NCBI RefSeq assembly: GCF_009914755.1
Contig: NC_060929.1
DNA length: 64,000 nucleotides
DNA from: the human T2T-CHM13v2.0 reference genome, Homo sapiens
Direction: 5' to 3' (one strand)
The first letter of the stretch is position 1. Each line of letters begins with the position of its first letter. Of this stretch, positions 1 to 15,447 are shown piece by piece. The notes under the pieces were generated by a model that was not told the origin of the DNA, ran no database searches, and saw only the letters and a program-made list of their open reading frames with translations. Made by a program: the position numbers and the translations under genes.

Positions 1-420
1 GTTTATTTAGCTCTGGTGCCAAAGAAAAGGCTGGGTTCTGACGCAACGCCATGACAAAGGTTGAGGAGGTCGAATCCAGACAGGAAATCCTTCAACTCCT
101 AAGCGGAACTCTGCCCCTTCCAGCCCGGGGCCTGGAAGCCTGCCAGCATCTCACCAGTCCTGGATACTCTCAGGAACAGGCAGATCTTTTCCTTGAAGAA
201 ATCATTCCCTAGCTAGAGTGCCAGGTGGAATTAACCTGCATTTCTGGGTCATCCTTAATGGTTAATGATTAAAAAGATGAAGGGAGCCTTGGGAAGCAAT
301 TGACTTTAGGCATCTGTATGTGCCAAGGAATTAAAATCCATAACATAATAGCCAGAGCTGGAAAGGCTCCCCAAGGCCCATGACACTCCTTCCACCTCAT
401 GGCCCCTTTCTGTTTTCCAG

Positions 421-482
421 CAAGATCTTTGCAGGAGTTTGCCACTGTCCTCAGGAATCTTGAAGATGAACGGATACGGATG
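421..482 (+). CDS. ARHGAP26: ARHGAP26 coding exon (exon 3), BAR domain, 62 nt
   Basis: cccctttctgttttccAG|CAAGA...CGGATG|GTgagt; encodes (A)RSLQEFATVLRNLEDERIRM. Confidence 0.96.
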
Positions 483-1067
483 GTGAGTAGGGCTGGGCTA
501 CTCTTGGTCCCAGATAGTATATTCGTGTTGAGGGAGCAAGGGATGGGTATCAGAAGAACTAGATTCAAATCCAGACTCTGCCATTTGAATGTTTTGAGCT
601 CTTCAGCAAGCCTCATCTTTGTAGAGTTTGAAGGCTTTTGTAAATATTAAAGGATTACTCTGGTGGATAACTTTAGAACAACGTAGTTAAATGATGTCCT
701 TCTGAAGATTCATTTTAAGGTCTTTTCATAAGGTGTATGACTTAAGGGTGGATCTTTTGAATTATTTCACTTTTTTGGGCGTCGGATTCTCTACCAGCAG
801 AATGGGAAAGAAGGTGCCCCACTCTGCCCCTCCCCCCATCTTATTGAACCTGATCAAGAGCTCTTTGAGGGCAGGATCACTTCCCTCTTCATTTTTAAGC
901 ACCCAACACAGTGCCTGCCAGGTAGGAGGGACCCAGTAAACAGGTACTTTGTAATGAAGGTAACTATAAAAAGCTCTTCAGAGAGGCATTGTCCACATTT
1001 AAGAGTCAAATGCTGATCTCCAGGTTCTTAAGAGATATCTTTTGTACTAGAATTTATTGTTCTGGAA

Positions 1068-1349
1068 GACAGAGAGGGTCTCACTCTGTCACCCAGGCTG
1101 GAGTGCAGTGGTACCATCATAGCTCACTACAGCTTCAAACTCCTGGGCTCAAGCGATCCTCCTGCTTCAGCCTCCTGAGTAGCTAGGACTATAGGTGTGC
1201 ACCACTGTGCCTAGCTAATTTATTTTTGTTTTTTGTAGAGATGAGGTCTTGCTGTGTTACCCAGGCTGATCTCGAACTCCAAACCTTAAGTGATCCTCCT
1301 GCCTTGCCTCTCAAAATGCTGGGATTACAGGCATGAGCAACCCTGCCTA
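1068..1349 (-). mobile_element. Alu, AluJ-like
   Basis: Reverse-complement Alu dimer: gtctcactctgtcacccaggctggagtgcagtgg...gctgggattacaggcatgagc; J-type cctgggctcaagcgatcctcc. Confidence 0.9.
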
Positions 1350-1619
1350 TAATTTATTCTGATATAGTTCAGCATTAGCAGATAAGAGATTCCACATCTA
1401 CAGGAAGTTCCTTTGCATTTTTCTCCATATCCCTAAGATATGAGGAATGAAGTCCCCTGCTGACTTGAAGTCCCCTGCTGCCTGTACACTGATTTTCTGC
1501 TAGGAGGGCGTGTCTTCAGGCAGCAGTGCTCTAAAGTCCTAGGAAATACTGCATCAATCAACATTTTCTTTTCTTCCCATGCTAACAGTTGGTAGTTCGA
1601 ACACTATTCACCAAGATGC

Positions 1620-1775
1620 ATTTTCTATTTTAACCCCCATGATGACTCTGGGAAGTGGTATCTATATTATCGCCATTTTTCAGATGAAGATATTGAGGTT
1701 TACAGAGGTTAAGTAACTTGTCACAGATCACACAGTTAATAAGTGATACAGTCTGGGTTCAAACCCAAGTCTGCA
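1620..1775 (-). mobile_element. MIR SINE
   Basis: Reverse MIR core: cagatgaagatattgaggtttacagaggttaagtaacttgtc...ctgggttcaaaccc. Confidence 0.75.
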
Positions 1776-1804
1776 TTATATTAAAAAATATTAAAAAATG
1801 TGGG

Positions 1805-2149
<345 letters not shown>

Positions 2150-2999
2150 TTACCTTTTGCCCTACGGAAAGACCACTTTCTCTTGATTGCTCACTGCTGG
2201 TGCCTGAACCAGAATCAGAAGGGTGGTGGTGGCAGCAGTGGGGGTTGGTGGTGGGTGGAAGCAAGGGAAAGCTTGTGTGTTTGTGCATGTGCTGGTGCCT
2301 AAGAAAGGGAAATGATTCTTTTGAGTCTGATTCTTGGCTGAGTTAGTATTTGGGGGTGGGGGTGTGGCAAGCAAATCACCATGAATACCCTGCAGATTGC
2401 TATGGCCTGTGGTAAGGGAACAATGACTGGATTATACTTTTCAGCTTGCCTCTGCAATTTTATTATTAATGTCAGTGAATTGAGTTTCTACTGTCTGCAT
2501 CTGAGTATCTGGCCGTAGCAAGCCCCTTCTCTACCTCCTTGCCCTGTGACAACTCCATCAGTTCAGTTAAGCTCAGCAAGCAAAGCCGCACCTTCTCTGG
2601 GAAGCGTTTCCTGACTTCCTGGGTTATATGGCTACCCTTGGTATTTTCTTAACATCCAGTTCGTGCTTCTGATCCTGTGTTTACCACATTGTGTCCTGAT
2701 AAACATTGTACCTGTCTGTGCCCTGTAGTAAATATGAGTTCCTCAAGGGCAGAGACTGGGCTTCCATGTCCCCAACATCAGGCAGTGTTGGAACCAAGTG
2801 GATGTTACACAGTCGTAGAATCTTAGACTAAGTGGGACCTTATTCCTCACCATCTGCAATTGCTCATTTGACAGATGAGAAAACAGGTCTTATTAAGGCT
2901 GATAGCAAGTAGTAGTATGGCTGGGCGAAGGACTTGGGGGTCCTGATTCCCAGGTGAGCAGTTGAGCACTTTCGTTTTATAAGCGACTACTTATGACTG

Positions 3000-3165
3000 C
3001 ATTCTCAATCATGGATGTCCACTGGAATAACTTGGGGAGTTTGAAAAATACTGATGTCTGGGACTAAGTCCAGGGATTCTGAGTTAGTTGGAGTGTAGCC
3101 TAAACTTAGGGATTTTAAAAGCTTTCCAGGTGATTCTACTGTGTAGTTAAGGTTGAGAATCATTG
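3000..3165. mobile_element. MER5-type hAT MITE
   Basis: Inverted ends attctcaa...ttgagaat and internal ccaggtgattct typical of MER5A/B. Confidence 0.65.
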
Positions 3166-3719
3166 ACTTTAGGGGCTTGGCACACCTTTGTAAGCTTCAG
3201 AGACTTGCAGATGGTTTGTGGAGAAGACTTCAGTGAACCAATTAAGTAACATTGAATAACAATAAAAATCACAAAATCAAACAAATTAACACCGCAACAC
3301 TCTAGTCTTAAATTTCACTCTTCTGAAATAAGTGATCTCCAAATTGAGAAAAAGGCAAATGGGAATAAATTTGGAGACTTGACTTTTTCTGTCCCTTACA
3401 TTGTTCAGTTAGTTCTTTACTGTGTCCATCTGTGACTTCTGGCATTTACCCGGTTAGTTTCATTGCAGTGGACATGCATGTGGTTTAGGAAAAATAATGC
3501 TTTGTTGCAGCGAGATTCCTGGAATAATTAGTTGAGCGAAGAGTGATAAATGAATGACTTAAAAGGAAAAACTGTAAAATATTGTACTGCCTTAGAAAAG
3601 ACCATAGAATCTTAGCGATGGACAATTCAGCCCACTCGTTTTGCAGATGACGAAATTAGAGCCCAGAGAGGTTAAATGTTTTGCCCATGGTCACACAGTT
3701 GGCAGCCAATCAAGAATTA

Positions 3720-4190
3720 ATCCATTCATTCATTTAGTCGTTCAAATATGTTTGAGTGCTGCTTTGTCTCAGCACTCTTCTTTGTTTTGGGGATAGTGGT
3801 GGCAAAGTGAGCCTTTACAAGATACTGATGTGTATGTGTGTGTGTGTGCACGCATGTGTGTGTGTGTGTATAAATGTGTAGTGTGTAGTGGTGAACCAGA
3901 ACACACTTGGTAGGGGAGGGAAGTTGAGTTATGTTGGTAGTCAGGGAAGGCCTCCCTAAAGAGGTGACCTTTAAGCTGAAATCTTAATTACATGAAGGAG
4001 CTGTCCCTGTAAGGGTTTGGGAACACAGTGTCTGAAAGAATAGCCAAATGCTACGGCCCTGAGGTGGGACGAGTTTGGTGCGTTTGAGGTGCATTGGAGT
4101 GCCAGTAGGTTGGAATGCAGGACCTGAGGGGTGAGCCCTGTGAGATGAAGTTGAGAGGCAGCCAGTAGTCAGGAGGCACAGGTGTCCTGG
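3720..4190 (-). mobile_element. L2 fragment containing a (TG)n
   Basis: cattcattcatt L2 3' end in reverse; tcagggaaggcctccctaaagaggtgacctttaagctg. Confidence 0.6.
3829..3868. repeat. Interrupted (TG)n microsatellite
   Basis: tgtgtatgtgtgtgtgtgtgcacgcatgtgtgtgtgtgtg. Confidence 0.85.
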
Positions 4191-4684
4191 CTCTAGTCCA
4201 GTCCTGTCTTGGTAGAGCAACACAAAATCAAGCTTGGAAGGTTTTTATGCCATCAGATGTCCAGAGGTGTTTCTTTGTTTATTTGTTTTTAACCTAGACT
4301 CAGTGTTGATCTACTTTACCCATAACTTGGGTAAATGAATATTTGCAAGAAAATGTCACCGAAGCTTGTAACTTAGACCCCACTCTTTTACCAGTTCCCC
4401 TCTGCCCCTTCAGAGGATCGCTTACAGTTTTAGAGTTCCTCATTTTTACTTTTAAATAATCAGTATTAATCATGCATGGGAGGAAGATTATCATGTTTTG
4501 AAATGATGACAGTTTTGATTTGACATGCTATTAGTTCGAAGGTTGTAAACAGTTGACATGTACAACACTGCCTCCCCAAATTTTATTTTAAGACATGGGG
4601 AGGCATCTCATGCTGGAGCTGCTGTAATTCTTTACTGATACTGCTTTTGTGTCTTCTTTCCCTTACTCTGTTGTTCTTCACCAG

Positions 4685-4756
4685 ATTGAGAATGCCAGCG
4701 AGGTGCTCATCACTCCCTTGGAGAAGTTTCGAAAGGAACAGATCGGGGCTGCCAAG
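4685..4756 (+). CDS. ARHGAP26: ARHGAP26 coding exon (exon 4), BAR domain, 72 nt, phase 0-0
   Basis: ttcttcaccAG|ATTGAG...GCCAAG|GTgaga; encodes IENASEVLITPLEKFRKEQIGAAK. Confidence 0.96.
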
Positions 4757-5548
4757 GTGAGAATTTTGCAAGCTTTGGTCTGGATTTTAGGGTGAGAGGT
4801 CTGGAAAACATAGCACCTTTCTTTAAAACAAAGTCTTCAGAAATGTCTTCAGAAAATCGAAGCCCACCTTCTTCAGAAAATCTTAGGCAGAAAACTCTAT
4901 AGAGCCCAACTCATCGGTTCTTTACGGGTGACTGAAGTACGACCATCTGAGCCGTCAACCCCGGAGGGGCCATTCTGGTATTTTGTTACCTCATTGTTCT
5001 GTGCTTGTTCATAAATCATCCAAAGGTAGAAACCACACCTCATTTGTGTTATTATAATAGATAGCTGTGTGCTTAGACAATTGTCTTTATTGAACAATAC
5101 ATTTGTTTTCGTGGAATTGTATTTTGTGGAGGTCCAGGACTTGCAGCCTAAGCAGGGGTTACAAATTTGTGCCCTGTGGGTACAGGGACTTTCTTTAAAA
5201 GGAGGCAGCTGGTACTTAGGTTTAGCTGATTTTTGTTGGGTCTGGAAATGGGCCCTCTCTTGCTGATTCTTTAAATGTTTCAAGACAAACTGAAAAGCCA
5301 GTTTTATGTGAAATTTCTTGTTGGCAAATAATTTTAAAATATATATTACCCATTGTGCAGGTCAAAAAATGACATCTGCAGGCCTGCTTCAACCTGGAGA
5401 TCACCGTTTGTTATCACTGACCTGGAGGGACTGTAGCCTAAGCTTGACTAATTCTAATGTGTTCTTGAGAGACTGCAAAGGGAATCCTGTTCCTTTTTAA
5501 AAGGTGGATTCTCCAGGGCTCCTTTGCCCTGTAATAAATCACTAGGAG

Positions 5549-5854
<306 letters not shown>

Positions 5855-7429
5855 CTAGCTGGTTTGACCTTCGGTAGAGTGTTAGAGGCTACCTGCAGAG
5901 AAGATGTTTTCATTGGAATCAATGAAAGCAAAAAGATTTCCAACGTTTTCTTCCTGTTTTTCTGGAACTGTGAGTCAATTCAGCTGCGGTCTCTTACGCC
6001 ACCTGCAGGGGCTTTTGGGCAACACCACCCTCTTACTTTGTGTGGATTTTGCTTAGTTGCAAAATGAGGTATTCCTCACCCCTACAACACACACACCCCT
6101 GAGTGCATCTGCTTTCTGGAAATAGATATGATTAGGGCCTGCAAAAGATGATGTTTAGTCAGGGTCTTTCAGAGGGATGGTTGATTACAGTTTGAAAGAG
6201 GGACTGTGGCAAAGACTTTCTCCCAGTTTTAGAGTATTTTCTACTAATTTTAGTTTACACATTTATGAGGAAGTGGGAGCTCACTGGTGCTGTATCAGAG
6301 ATTAAGGAATGTATAATTTACACAAAGTCTTATTCCACTAAGAATTCATACAGACTGTGAACCAGTCCAGTGATGGCAGTTAATAAGCCGTGAGCGAATG
6401 CTCCCTCAGTTCCTGGCAGTGCAGGCCCTGCCCGCAGGGCTCCTCTTGGTGGCCTTGGGGCCTGTGCCTCCCCACTCTTGAACATGCTTGGCAGTGGCTT
6501 CCGGGGGTTATGCAGAGCTTGGAGACTGAGGCAGAGCAGAGCTGTTTGTTGAGTCATCTTTTCAGTAGTTACTTCTCCTTCTGAGCACAGATGCCTCTCT
6601 CTCTGGCCTCTTCTCTCACTGGCTTGAGGGTTACCATGGTTACCAAGGAGGTGAGGCAAGAGTCTGAGTGAGCTCCCTTTGGGCTTGATACCAGTGATCT
6701 TAATGATAGGAGGAGCTACTGTCCCCCGGGGCGGCGGCTGGGGGGTGGTATAGATGGTGACATACTAGAATAAAAGAATTTAAGTAGTCACTCACCAAAG
6801 CATGTTTCCCCTCATGCATATTCTATTCTCCTATTCATTAAACCATGAATAATTATTGATTATTAAATAACTTTTGGATGATCACTAAAGAAGAATTGTG
6901 ATGACATTTGGGTGATGTCTCATCCTTCCCCATTTGTCATTTTTTCCTCCTGGCATGTCCTCCTTTGCATCACTCCACACACACATACATTTATATCATA
7001 ACATTATGTAAATTTAAGAGACAACAAACAAGCAAACAACAGATCCACTTCTAGGCGACCCAGGGAGCAGTCTCAAGAACATCTCAGAGCCAGCAAGTGC
7101 TCTTCAGCTGGTTTGGGTATTGGCCAAGTGGAGGTTCTGAACTCTGTCTGTGCCATGCTAAAATTACTTTTTCCTCCTCCTCCACTCTCTGGTGCTGCTT
7201 CGGTTGCCATAACAGCCTGTTGGAGAGTGCACCATGTGAAGGCTGCCAGGGAGGAAGATTCTTGGGCATTCTTATGCTAATGTGCTACTCTGGAGTAGGG
7301 CACGACCCCTGGTGCTTGACATAACCATGGCCCTAAGTTTCTATTTCCAAGTTTGAGGAAATTATTTTTTCCTGTATTAGAGGTACATTTGGAATGCTGG
7401 ACTCTAGAATAAGTATAACAGACATAAGA

Positions 7430-7640
7430 GAGTAGCGTAGAGAGTGGGTCTACAGCTAGACTGTCTGAATCCAAATCTCACTTCTGCCATTTGCATGTAG
7501 ACTTGGGGAGGTTACTAAACCTCTTCATGCCTGTTTCCTGATCTCTAAAATGGGGGTAATAATAAAACTTGCCTCGTAGAGTTATTATGAAGAAGAAGTG
7601 AGTGAACTCCTATCAAATGCTTAAAACGGTGTCTGTCGTA
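7430..7640 (+). mobile_element. MIR SINE
   Basis: ttactaaacctcttcatgcctgtttcctgatctctaaaatgggggtaataata. Confidence 0.7.
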
Positions 7641-9529
7641 TAGCTACCTGAACATGAGAACAAGGTTGGTCATGTAGTCATTCAATGTTAGTGATTATAT
7701 TAGATACACACAGTTCATTTGTTTAAAAAATATGTGAGAGCCTGCTCTGTGCCAGCACTGTTCTGTGCCCTGATATTTGGTGGAGAACAAGGCAGGCGTG
7801 GTTGCTGTGCTCATGAAGTAGCTGGGGTGAAAGACATCAGACAAAAAGATACAAATAAATGTCTAATTTCCAATTGTAGTAGGTTCTTGGGACGGTTACC
7901 TTCATGGCACACAGGACATGGAAAGCAGGTGTGTTCTTGATAAGAAGGAGGCAGGTTTAGGTGATGAGCTCACCACTGTCACCACCATTGCTGACATTTA
8001 TTGAGCACTTTCCATGTGGTAGGCACCCTGCCAAGCACTGTATGTGGTTTATTTCATTTAACCCTAGAAATCCTTTGAGGAGGGGGTGTTCTTATTTTTA
8101 TTTTGTTATATGGTCCTTGAGCTGAAAGAAGAAACCCGAGCAATTATCTAATCATCCTCAATTTATAGTTGAGGAAATTGAGTCCTGGAGAGGGATGGTG
8201 ATTTGTTTCTAGCCAGTCCATATTGAGTTGGGAATAAATTTTAGGATTCTAACTCAATCCTTGACTTAACTACCCCACAGTAGACTCTCTGGAAGGTGAA
8301 AACCATCTTGTGTCCTGAGTAATGGACACACTCTCCCATCTTAAGAACATTATCTAAGCTGTAGTACTTTTTTGCTGCAGAGGTCTTATTGCTGTTTTCT
8401 CAGGACAGAAACGGCTTCCCTTTCTCCTTATTTTTTTCTCTAACTTTGGGTGTCCTCTTAAACATGGAATGTGGAGGCACAAGTTGCCAGAATGTCCCAG
8501 AATGCCAGTGACTCATGTTCCCTGGCCTTTTCTCACCTCTGGCCAGCTGGACTGTCTGGGACCAGGATTCTCCTTTTGGAGTTGCTGATAAGGCTGGTGG
8601 GAGCGGATACATGTGAGCAGCATTTGGAGTTGGAGCCCCAGTTCAAAGTTGCTGGTTTCACTAATGGAAAAGAATTGCTTGAGTCAAGTCTCTTGCCTGT
8701 ACCCTCCTCAAATTTGAAGGAGTAATGTGTCCTCAGGCTTTTTCTTCATTTGCTGCTAAATGTTTAATTGTTCTTGTATGTGAACAGTCTTTTAAGCAAA
8801 ACTCAGATTCATGGAAATGAGTATGTGTCAGCTAAAATGGATATATGGTTATTCTGCCCACTCTGTGAGCATGTACCAGAGGAGTGGTATTCTGACATAG
8901 CGGAGCTTGTTAGGGCTCCGGGTGATGGCTTCTGGCTCCGAGTGTCCTGCCCCAGGGCATTTGCACTTGATGGTTCTGCTCTAGAAGGCTCTACTCTGCT
9001 CCTTCTGTATTTCACAGGTAGGTCTCAGCTCACATCTCCCTTCCCCAAATGATGCCTTTCCTGGGTGCCCTATCTACAGAATCTCTGTGACTGCGCCCTG
9101 TTTATTTCCTTTGTAGCACTTGCAGCAGTCTATAATTATGCTGATTATTTGTTTACTGGTTAATCATGGTTCTCCTACTAGAACATTTCTACCGTGAGGG
9201 TTGGGACCATTTTTGTCTTGTATTTCTGGTGCCTAAAGTAGAGCCTTACACAGAGTGGTTGCTGATTATAAATTTGTTAAAGGAATAAAGAGATGTGTCT
9301 GAGCTTCTTTATTTGGCCAGAAAATATTTTTTCTCTTCTAGGCTTTGGAGTTGCAGAAAAACATCCCTATGGGTTCAGGCTCCACATGAGTCAAAAGCAG
9401 GAATAATGTACCCAATTAGCAAATTTGATCCCGTTTATCAGCCAAGTGCCAACCTTCTTCCAGCTTCCTTGCCTGCTCTCCCCGTTGGAATGTGGAAGGA
9501 AGGCAGACTGCCTGTGACAATCTGTCTCA

Positions 9530-9670
9530 GCTGTGGTGGAGAACATGGGCTTTGGAGGCACATTGTCCTAGGCTCCAATCCCAGCTCTGTCACTCTCCGT
9601 GACTTTTCACAAGTTCACCTCTTTGGGTCCAAGTTTTCTTATCAGTCAAATGGGAGATAGAAATAGAACC
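9530..9670 (+). mobile_element. MIR SINE
   Basis: gggctttggaggcac...aatcccagctctgtcact...caagttcacctct. Confidence 0.6.
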
Positions 9671-10608
9671 ACAGTGACCCAATGATTCAGTGGTGGGGAG
9701 CAGGGATTAATTATGGTAATTATTTTTCATTTTGAAGACAATAATACGGCTAATAATTTCTTAAAGAGAAGAGAAAAATAACTGTTACCCCATTACCATA
9801 ACTCAGGTATTTGCCTATAAGTAAATTCCCACCTCATCTTTGTCCATAGGTAGACACACTCTATGTAGGATGCAGCAAGTTTATATAATGCTGTTTTACT
9901 TTTCTCTCTAGTTTTCCAATGACTAGTTATGCTTATTGGATGTTCCGTACTTTAATTATGCCAAACGCTATCCTTGGAAGTGATGTTGCTGCTGCTGCTT
10001 TTATTTTTCTTTTGCTAGCATAAATGGTGCCGTAGTAAACAAATGTGTGTGAAGATAATATTGTTGTTTTGAATTATTCCTCAGCTTAAAGACCTGCATG
10101 TGATATTAAGTGTCAAGAGATATTTAGGCTTACATACCAAGAAGTGTTTTTGGGACAGTATTAAGGCTGGATCTAGCCTTAGTCTAGACTTGTCTCATTC
10201 AAGCTGTGAGGATATCTTCCTTCCTTGGTGTTAGCTTCATAGGTACCCCCACTGCTGCTGCTCCCCAGCCCCCAACCCCTGGCTGCCTTCTGGCCTTGAA
10301 TATCCTTGTGAGTTAGAAAGTAGAAATTTCTGTTTCACAAAGTTCTTAGAGGGGGAATCTTGGCTTTGCCACCATTAGATATTCGTATTTACCTCATTTC
10401 TGGTCTTGTCCTGGTTGGTGCCTCTCTGCTAGACACTCAAACTCAGGGGGCTGTTGATGGGTGGCTGCAGGATTTAATGGGCATTACCTGAAAAGTAGGA
10501 GCTGAGTCGTCATCTGTGTTCTGAGCAGAAGGATCTTGAGAGATGGAGGCTGCTTTTATTCCTGCAACGTGTTACTCTTTTTCTTTTTCTCTTCTCTTTT
10601 TTTGCCAG

Positions 10609-10710
10609 GAAGCCAAAAAGAAGTATGACAAAGAGACAGAAAAGTATTGTGGCATCTTAGAAAAACACTTGAATTTGTCTTCCAAAAAGAAAGAATCTCA
10701 GCTTCAGGAG
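10609..10710 (+). CDS. ARHGAP26: ARHGAP26 coding exon (exon 5), BAR domain, 102 nt, phase 0-0
   Basis: Long pyrimidine tract, ttgccAG|GAAGCC...CAGGAG|GTaaga; encodes EAKKKYDKETEKYCGILEKHLNLSSKKKESQLQE. Confidence 0.97.
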
Positions 10711-13059
10711 GTAAGAGACTTTATTAGTATCCTGAATAAAGTGTTCAATTTGTACATGATGCTGTGGATATGTGCTGGTTGCTCTTTGCTAGAAAATCTT
10801 AGGGTTAGAAGGGACCTGGGAAGCCAGGAGATTGCTCCTGATCCCTCATCCAGTGCCTGATGCCTGGACTGCCTTTGTGTCCTCCCATCCCACCCCATCC
10901 TTTGTAGCCTTCCCGCCTGTCAAGGTGGAAGACACTGCTGGCCGAGATGACCACCTCCTTGTTGGGCTGCCCTGATTGCTAGATGTCTTCATTTCATACT
11001 GACATTTCTTTTCCTGTTTCTCTCACCCTTGGCCTTAATTCTGCCCTCTGTTACTTTACCTTTTGACTTCCTGCCTCTTATCAGTGATTTGAAATGTTAG
11101 CATCTCAAACACTTTGGTTATCCTTCCTTAATATTGATTTTTTCATTATTTCAACCAGCACTTGACATTAGTTTTCTTTCTTTTTTTATTTTAAAGCAGT
11201 GCTTTATTGTCCTGTATATATTTTGTGCTTTGGTAATGTTGTTTCAAGAAAATACATTCTTAAATTTGCGCTTGGTTTTTCTGGGTTTGCATGGTGTCTT
11301 TTAAAAAGTAGTTCACTTGGAAAGAAAAATGATGGAGCCATCGCAGCCGTGGAGCTGTGACCATTTTTATTTAGTTCATGAAGATTGGCATGCTAAGGGA
11401 GTTTATGCTTCTTGGAGATAGGGAGTTTCCTAGTGGAACCTCAAATTTGGCTTTAAAAATGTCATCTTATTTAACTCAACAGTTTGCTTGACCTCTGTCA
11501 TATGTTTGCCAAAAGAGGCTACCGTGGCTTCCAGGCCGGCCCTTTTTTTAAAATTTTAATTCTTTTTGAACAGATACCATGCCAGTACTTCTGTTAGGTG
11601 AAAGTTCATATGAGGACAGTAGAGTCAGAGGTTGAAAGGTTGAAGTAACTCAGGAGATGGTGGAGTTCAATCCCCTCCCAACCACAATTGGTTACACATC
11701 TTGGGATAGGAATGTGGTGTTCTCAGAACTCTTTGCTTTGAAATAAGTATTTAATCCAGTTTTTAGAGTAGTGATAAGGACCATTACTCAACAACAATGA
11801 CAACTGTAGCAGCAACAAAGGTTTATAATGGACTTTGTAGATCAGTTCTTGGCCAGCCAATAAACAGCATTGACTATTTGGTGTGTGCTTTACAAAGCAG
11901 AAAATACTAATTTATCCTTGAAGATCTTGTGCCTGAGTAGGGAAAAAGAAACAAAAGCGGAGGAAGTGCTTCTTGAAGTGGCATAGCTACTCAGGTAAAT
12001 CTTGTCAAATGTGATTGAAAAACCTAAAAAATAAAAAAAAAAAATCTTATTTTCACGAGATACAAAGGCTATCCCAACTTGACATGAGGATATGGGCACT
12101 ATCCCACAGACACAGATAATCCATGATAAATTTGGGATTCCATTTAGAATCTGTCTTGGTGCCCTGACTTTTTAGTTATTCTTCTGGCATCACTTGGCAT
12201 TTAGGATTTGGAAACTAACTTATATTTAAAGAAAAGCTTTTTGGCTGTGCTTCACAGTGACCAGGTCTGCCCAGCTCTCCAGTTTCTAAGCAGGTATAAA
12301 TTATGGATTAGATGACTATGCATCATTAGTACAGATATTCAGAGTATTCAGAGTTGAGCAGGTGTGTGGTTATTCTAGCACCTACTGAATCTGGGAGGCC
12401 CACAGCACAGTTACCCTGTAGGCATGGCATTCTCTGGAACAAAGGTGCTTCTCCACCAGATCCATTCTCTCCGTGGTCAAATATTGCAGACTTGGTCTGG
12501 AATGAGTCCAGCATTTTCTTTTAGGGCTGTGAATGTCTTCTGAATTACCACAGTGTAGGGACCAGAACGCTGGGCTGGCAAAGAGGATACCTTGCCTCAA
12601 AACCTTCTCTGCTGTGTATTTACTCTGTGACCTAGGGCAAATTACTTAGATTCTCTAAGCTTTATTTCCTTTATTTGTTAAATACTCATGAAATATCTGT
12701 CCTACTTATGTTATACATGAGAAGGCAAATATAACTGCTGCTCAAGTATGAAGTATATTTAATATAAAATGTGTAAATATCCTTATGATTGGCCTGTTCC
12801 GCTCCATTTTCTGTTCTCAAATTGGATGCCACTATTCCTGACTTTGACAGTTCTGTATTTCAGTGGATGTTTTCCATTATGCTCTTTTATTATAGTCCTT
12901 TATGTTCTTGCCTTTGACCTAGTCACACTTTCTAAGTACTTTGAGTGTAAGGATTGGGTTCCAGATCTTGCAGGTTCTGGTCTGTTCAGGTCAGTTCTCA
13001 GGCATTGCTTTTTAGTTGTAACTGAACTAAATTAAACTGTATAAAAATCTAACACTAAA

Positions 13060-13530
<471 letters not shown>

Positions 13531-14595
13531 GGTAGCGAGTTAACTCCAGCACTGGCTGTGCAGCCCTTTCCCTTCACCCAGTTTGCTTTTCTACGTCTCT
13601 ATCTGGGGAGGGATGTTGAGGCTCTCTTGCCTGCTGACCATGTTATTTAGTGCCAGTGTCATGATATAGAATTAGAGAGAGGGAAGGACCTTAGTGATCA
13701 TCCATTTCAACTTTCTTGAATTACGTTTTATGAGGGAACTGAGTTTCTCGTAGGGGTCAGGTGTTTTGCTCAAGGTGTTCAGCTATGTATTGATCATTTT
13801 CTTCACATTTATTAAAAATTCAACTTTTAGGAACATTGTTGAGCACGTGGTACACCTTTGATGAAACCTTCCACTCTGATTATCCAGAGTTGTTCCCTGA
13901 TTGCAGGGTTCTGCACGGAATGCTTTTAAATTCCAGCCCATCCCTAGATCCCTGGAAGTAGAAACTACAGGGCAGTGATGTGGAATGGCACTGCCATCTA
14001 GTGGATGATTTAAACAAATGCATAGTTTTTGAATGGTAAAAAAGCTCGCCTCAAAAACAGTAGTCATTGATTCAACAAATACTCACTGGACGCTTCTGTA
14101 AAAGTCTGTCCAGGCACTGGGTGTTTTGTAGAAAGTGAAATGAAGGATCTTCTTTCATGGAAATTACAATCTAGGAGGAAGTCTCTTTTCCAAGAAACGC
14201 AGAATGGTTGACGGGTTTAATCAAGCCGGTAGATTTATAGCTTCTCAAGTGGCAGGCAGGGAAACTGTCTTGAGCGGTCTGCAGGGTGGGTTGGGATCCT
14301 GGCTTATAATTCCATTGCAGGGGGCCCAAGGATGTGATGGATTCTGTGGCCCACACCATTCTGGGGCATTGGCAAGAGAAGCATAACATTCCGCTTAGGA
14401 TTTCTTCTTCCTTTTCCTTTGGGAATGCATTGAGTTATGCATTTGTTCTTAGTTCTGGGTCACTGATGGGACATGCCTTTGGTGCTGACTGATGGCCACA
14501 TGGGGATCAATTCATTCATTCTGCATGCATCTGTTGAACGTTTATTATGGGCCATACACCGTTCTGAGCACTGGAGGAGAAAAATGAAAAAATTA

Positions 14596-15059
<464 letters not shown>

Positions 15060-15164
15060 CTAATGAAAGGCCAGGACAATCTTCTTCAGGTTGTGAGTGT
15101 GTCGCAAAATCACAGTTTTTGGGTTATGCAATAGGGTAGGCTAAAATAGAATGAAAAATACAAG

Positions 15165-15447
15165 GCCTGGCGCGGTGGCTCATGCCTGGAATCTCAGCAC
15201 TTTGGGAGGCTGAGGTGGACAGATCACCTGAGGTCTGGAGTTCGAGACCAGCCTGACCAACGTGGAGAAACCCCCATCTCTATTAAAAATACAAAATTGG
15301 CCGGGCATGGTGGTGCATGCCTGTAATCCCAGCTACTTGGGAAGGCTGAGGCAGGAGAATATCTTGAACCTGGGAGGCGGAGGTTGCGGTGAGCCGAATT
15401 CGCGCCATTGTACTCCAGCCTGGGTAACAAGAGCGAAACTCCGTCTT

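Noticed and set aside
6722-6750. GC-rich patch as a CpG island promoter
   Set aside because: Only about 30 bp with three CpGs; the surroundings are CpG-depleted
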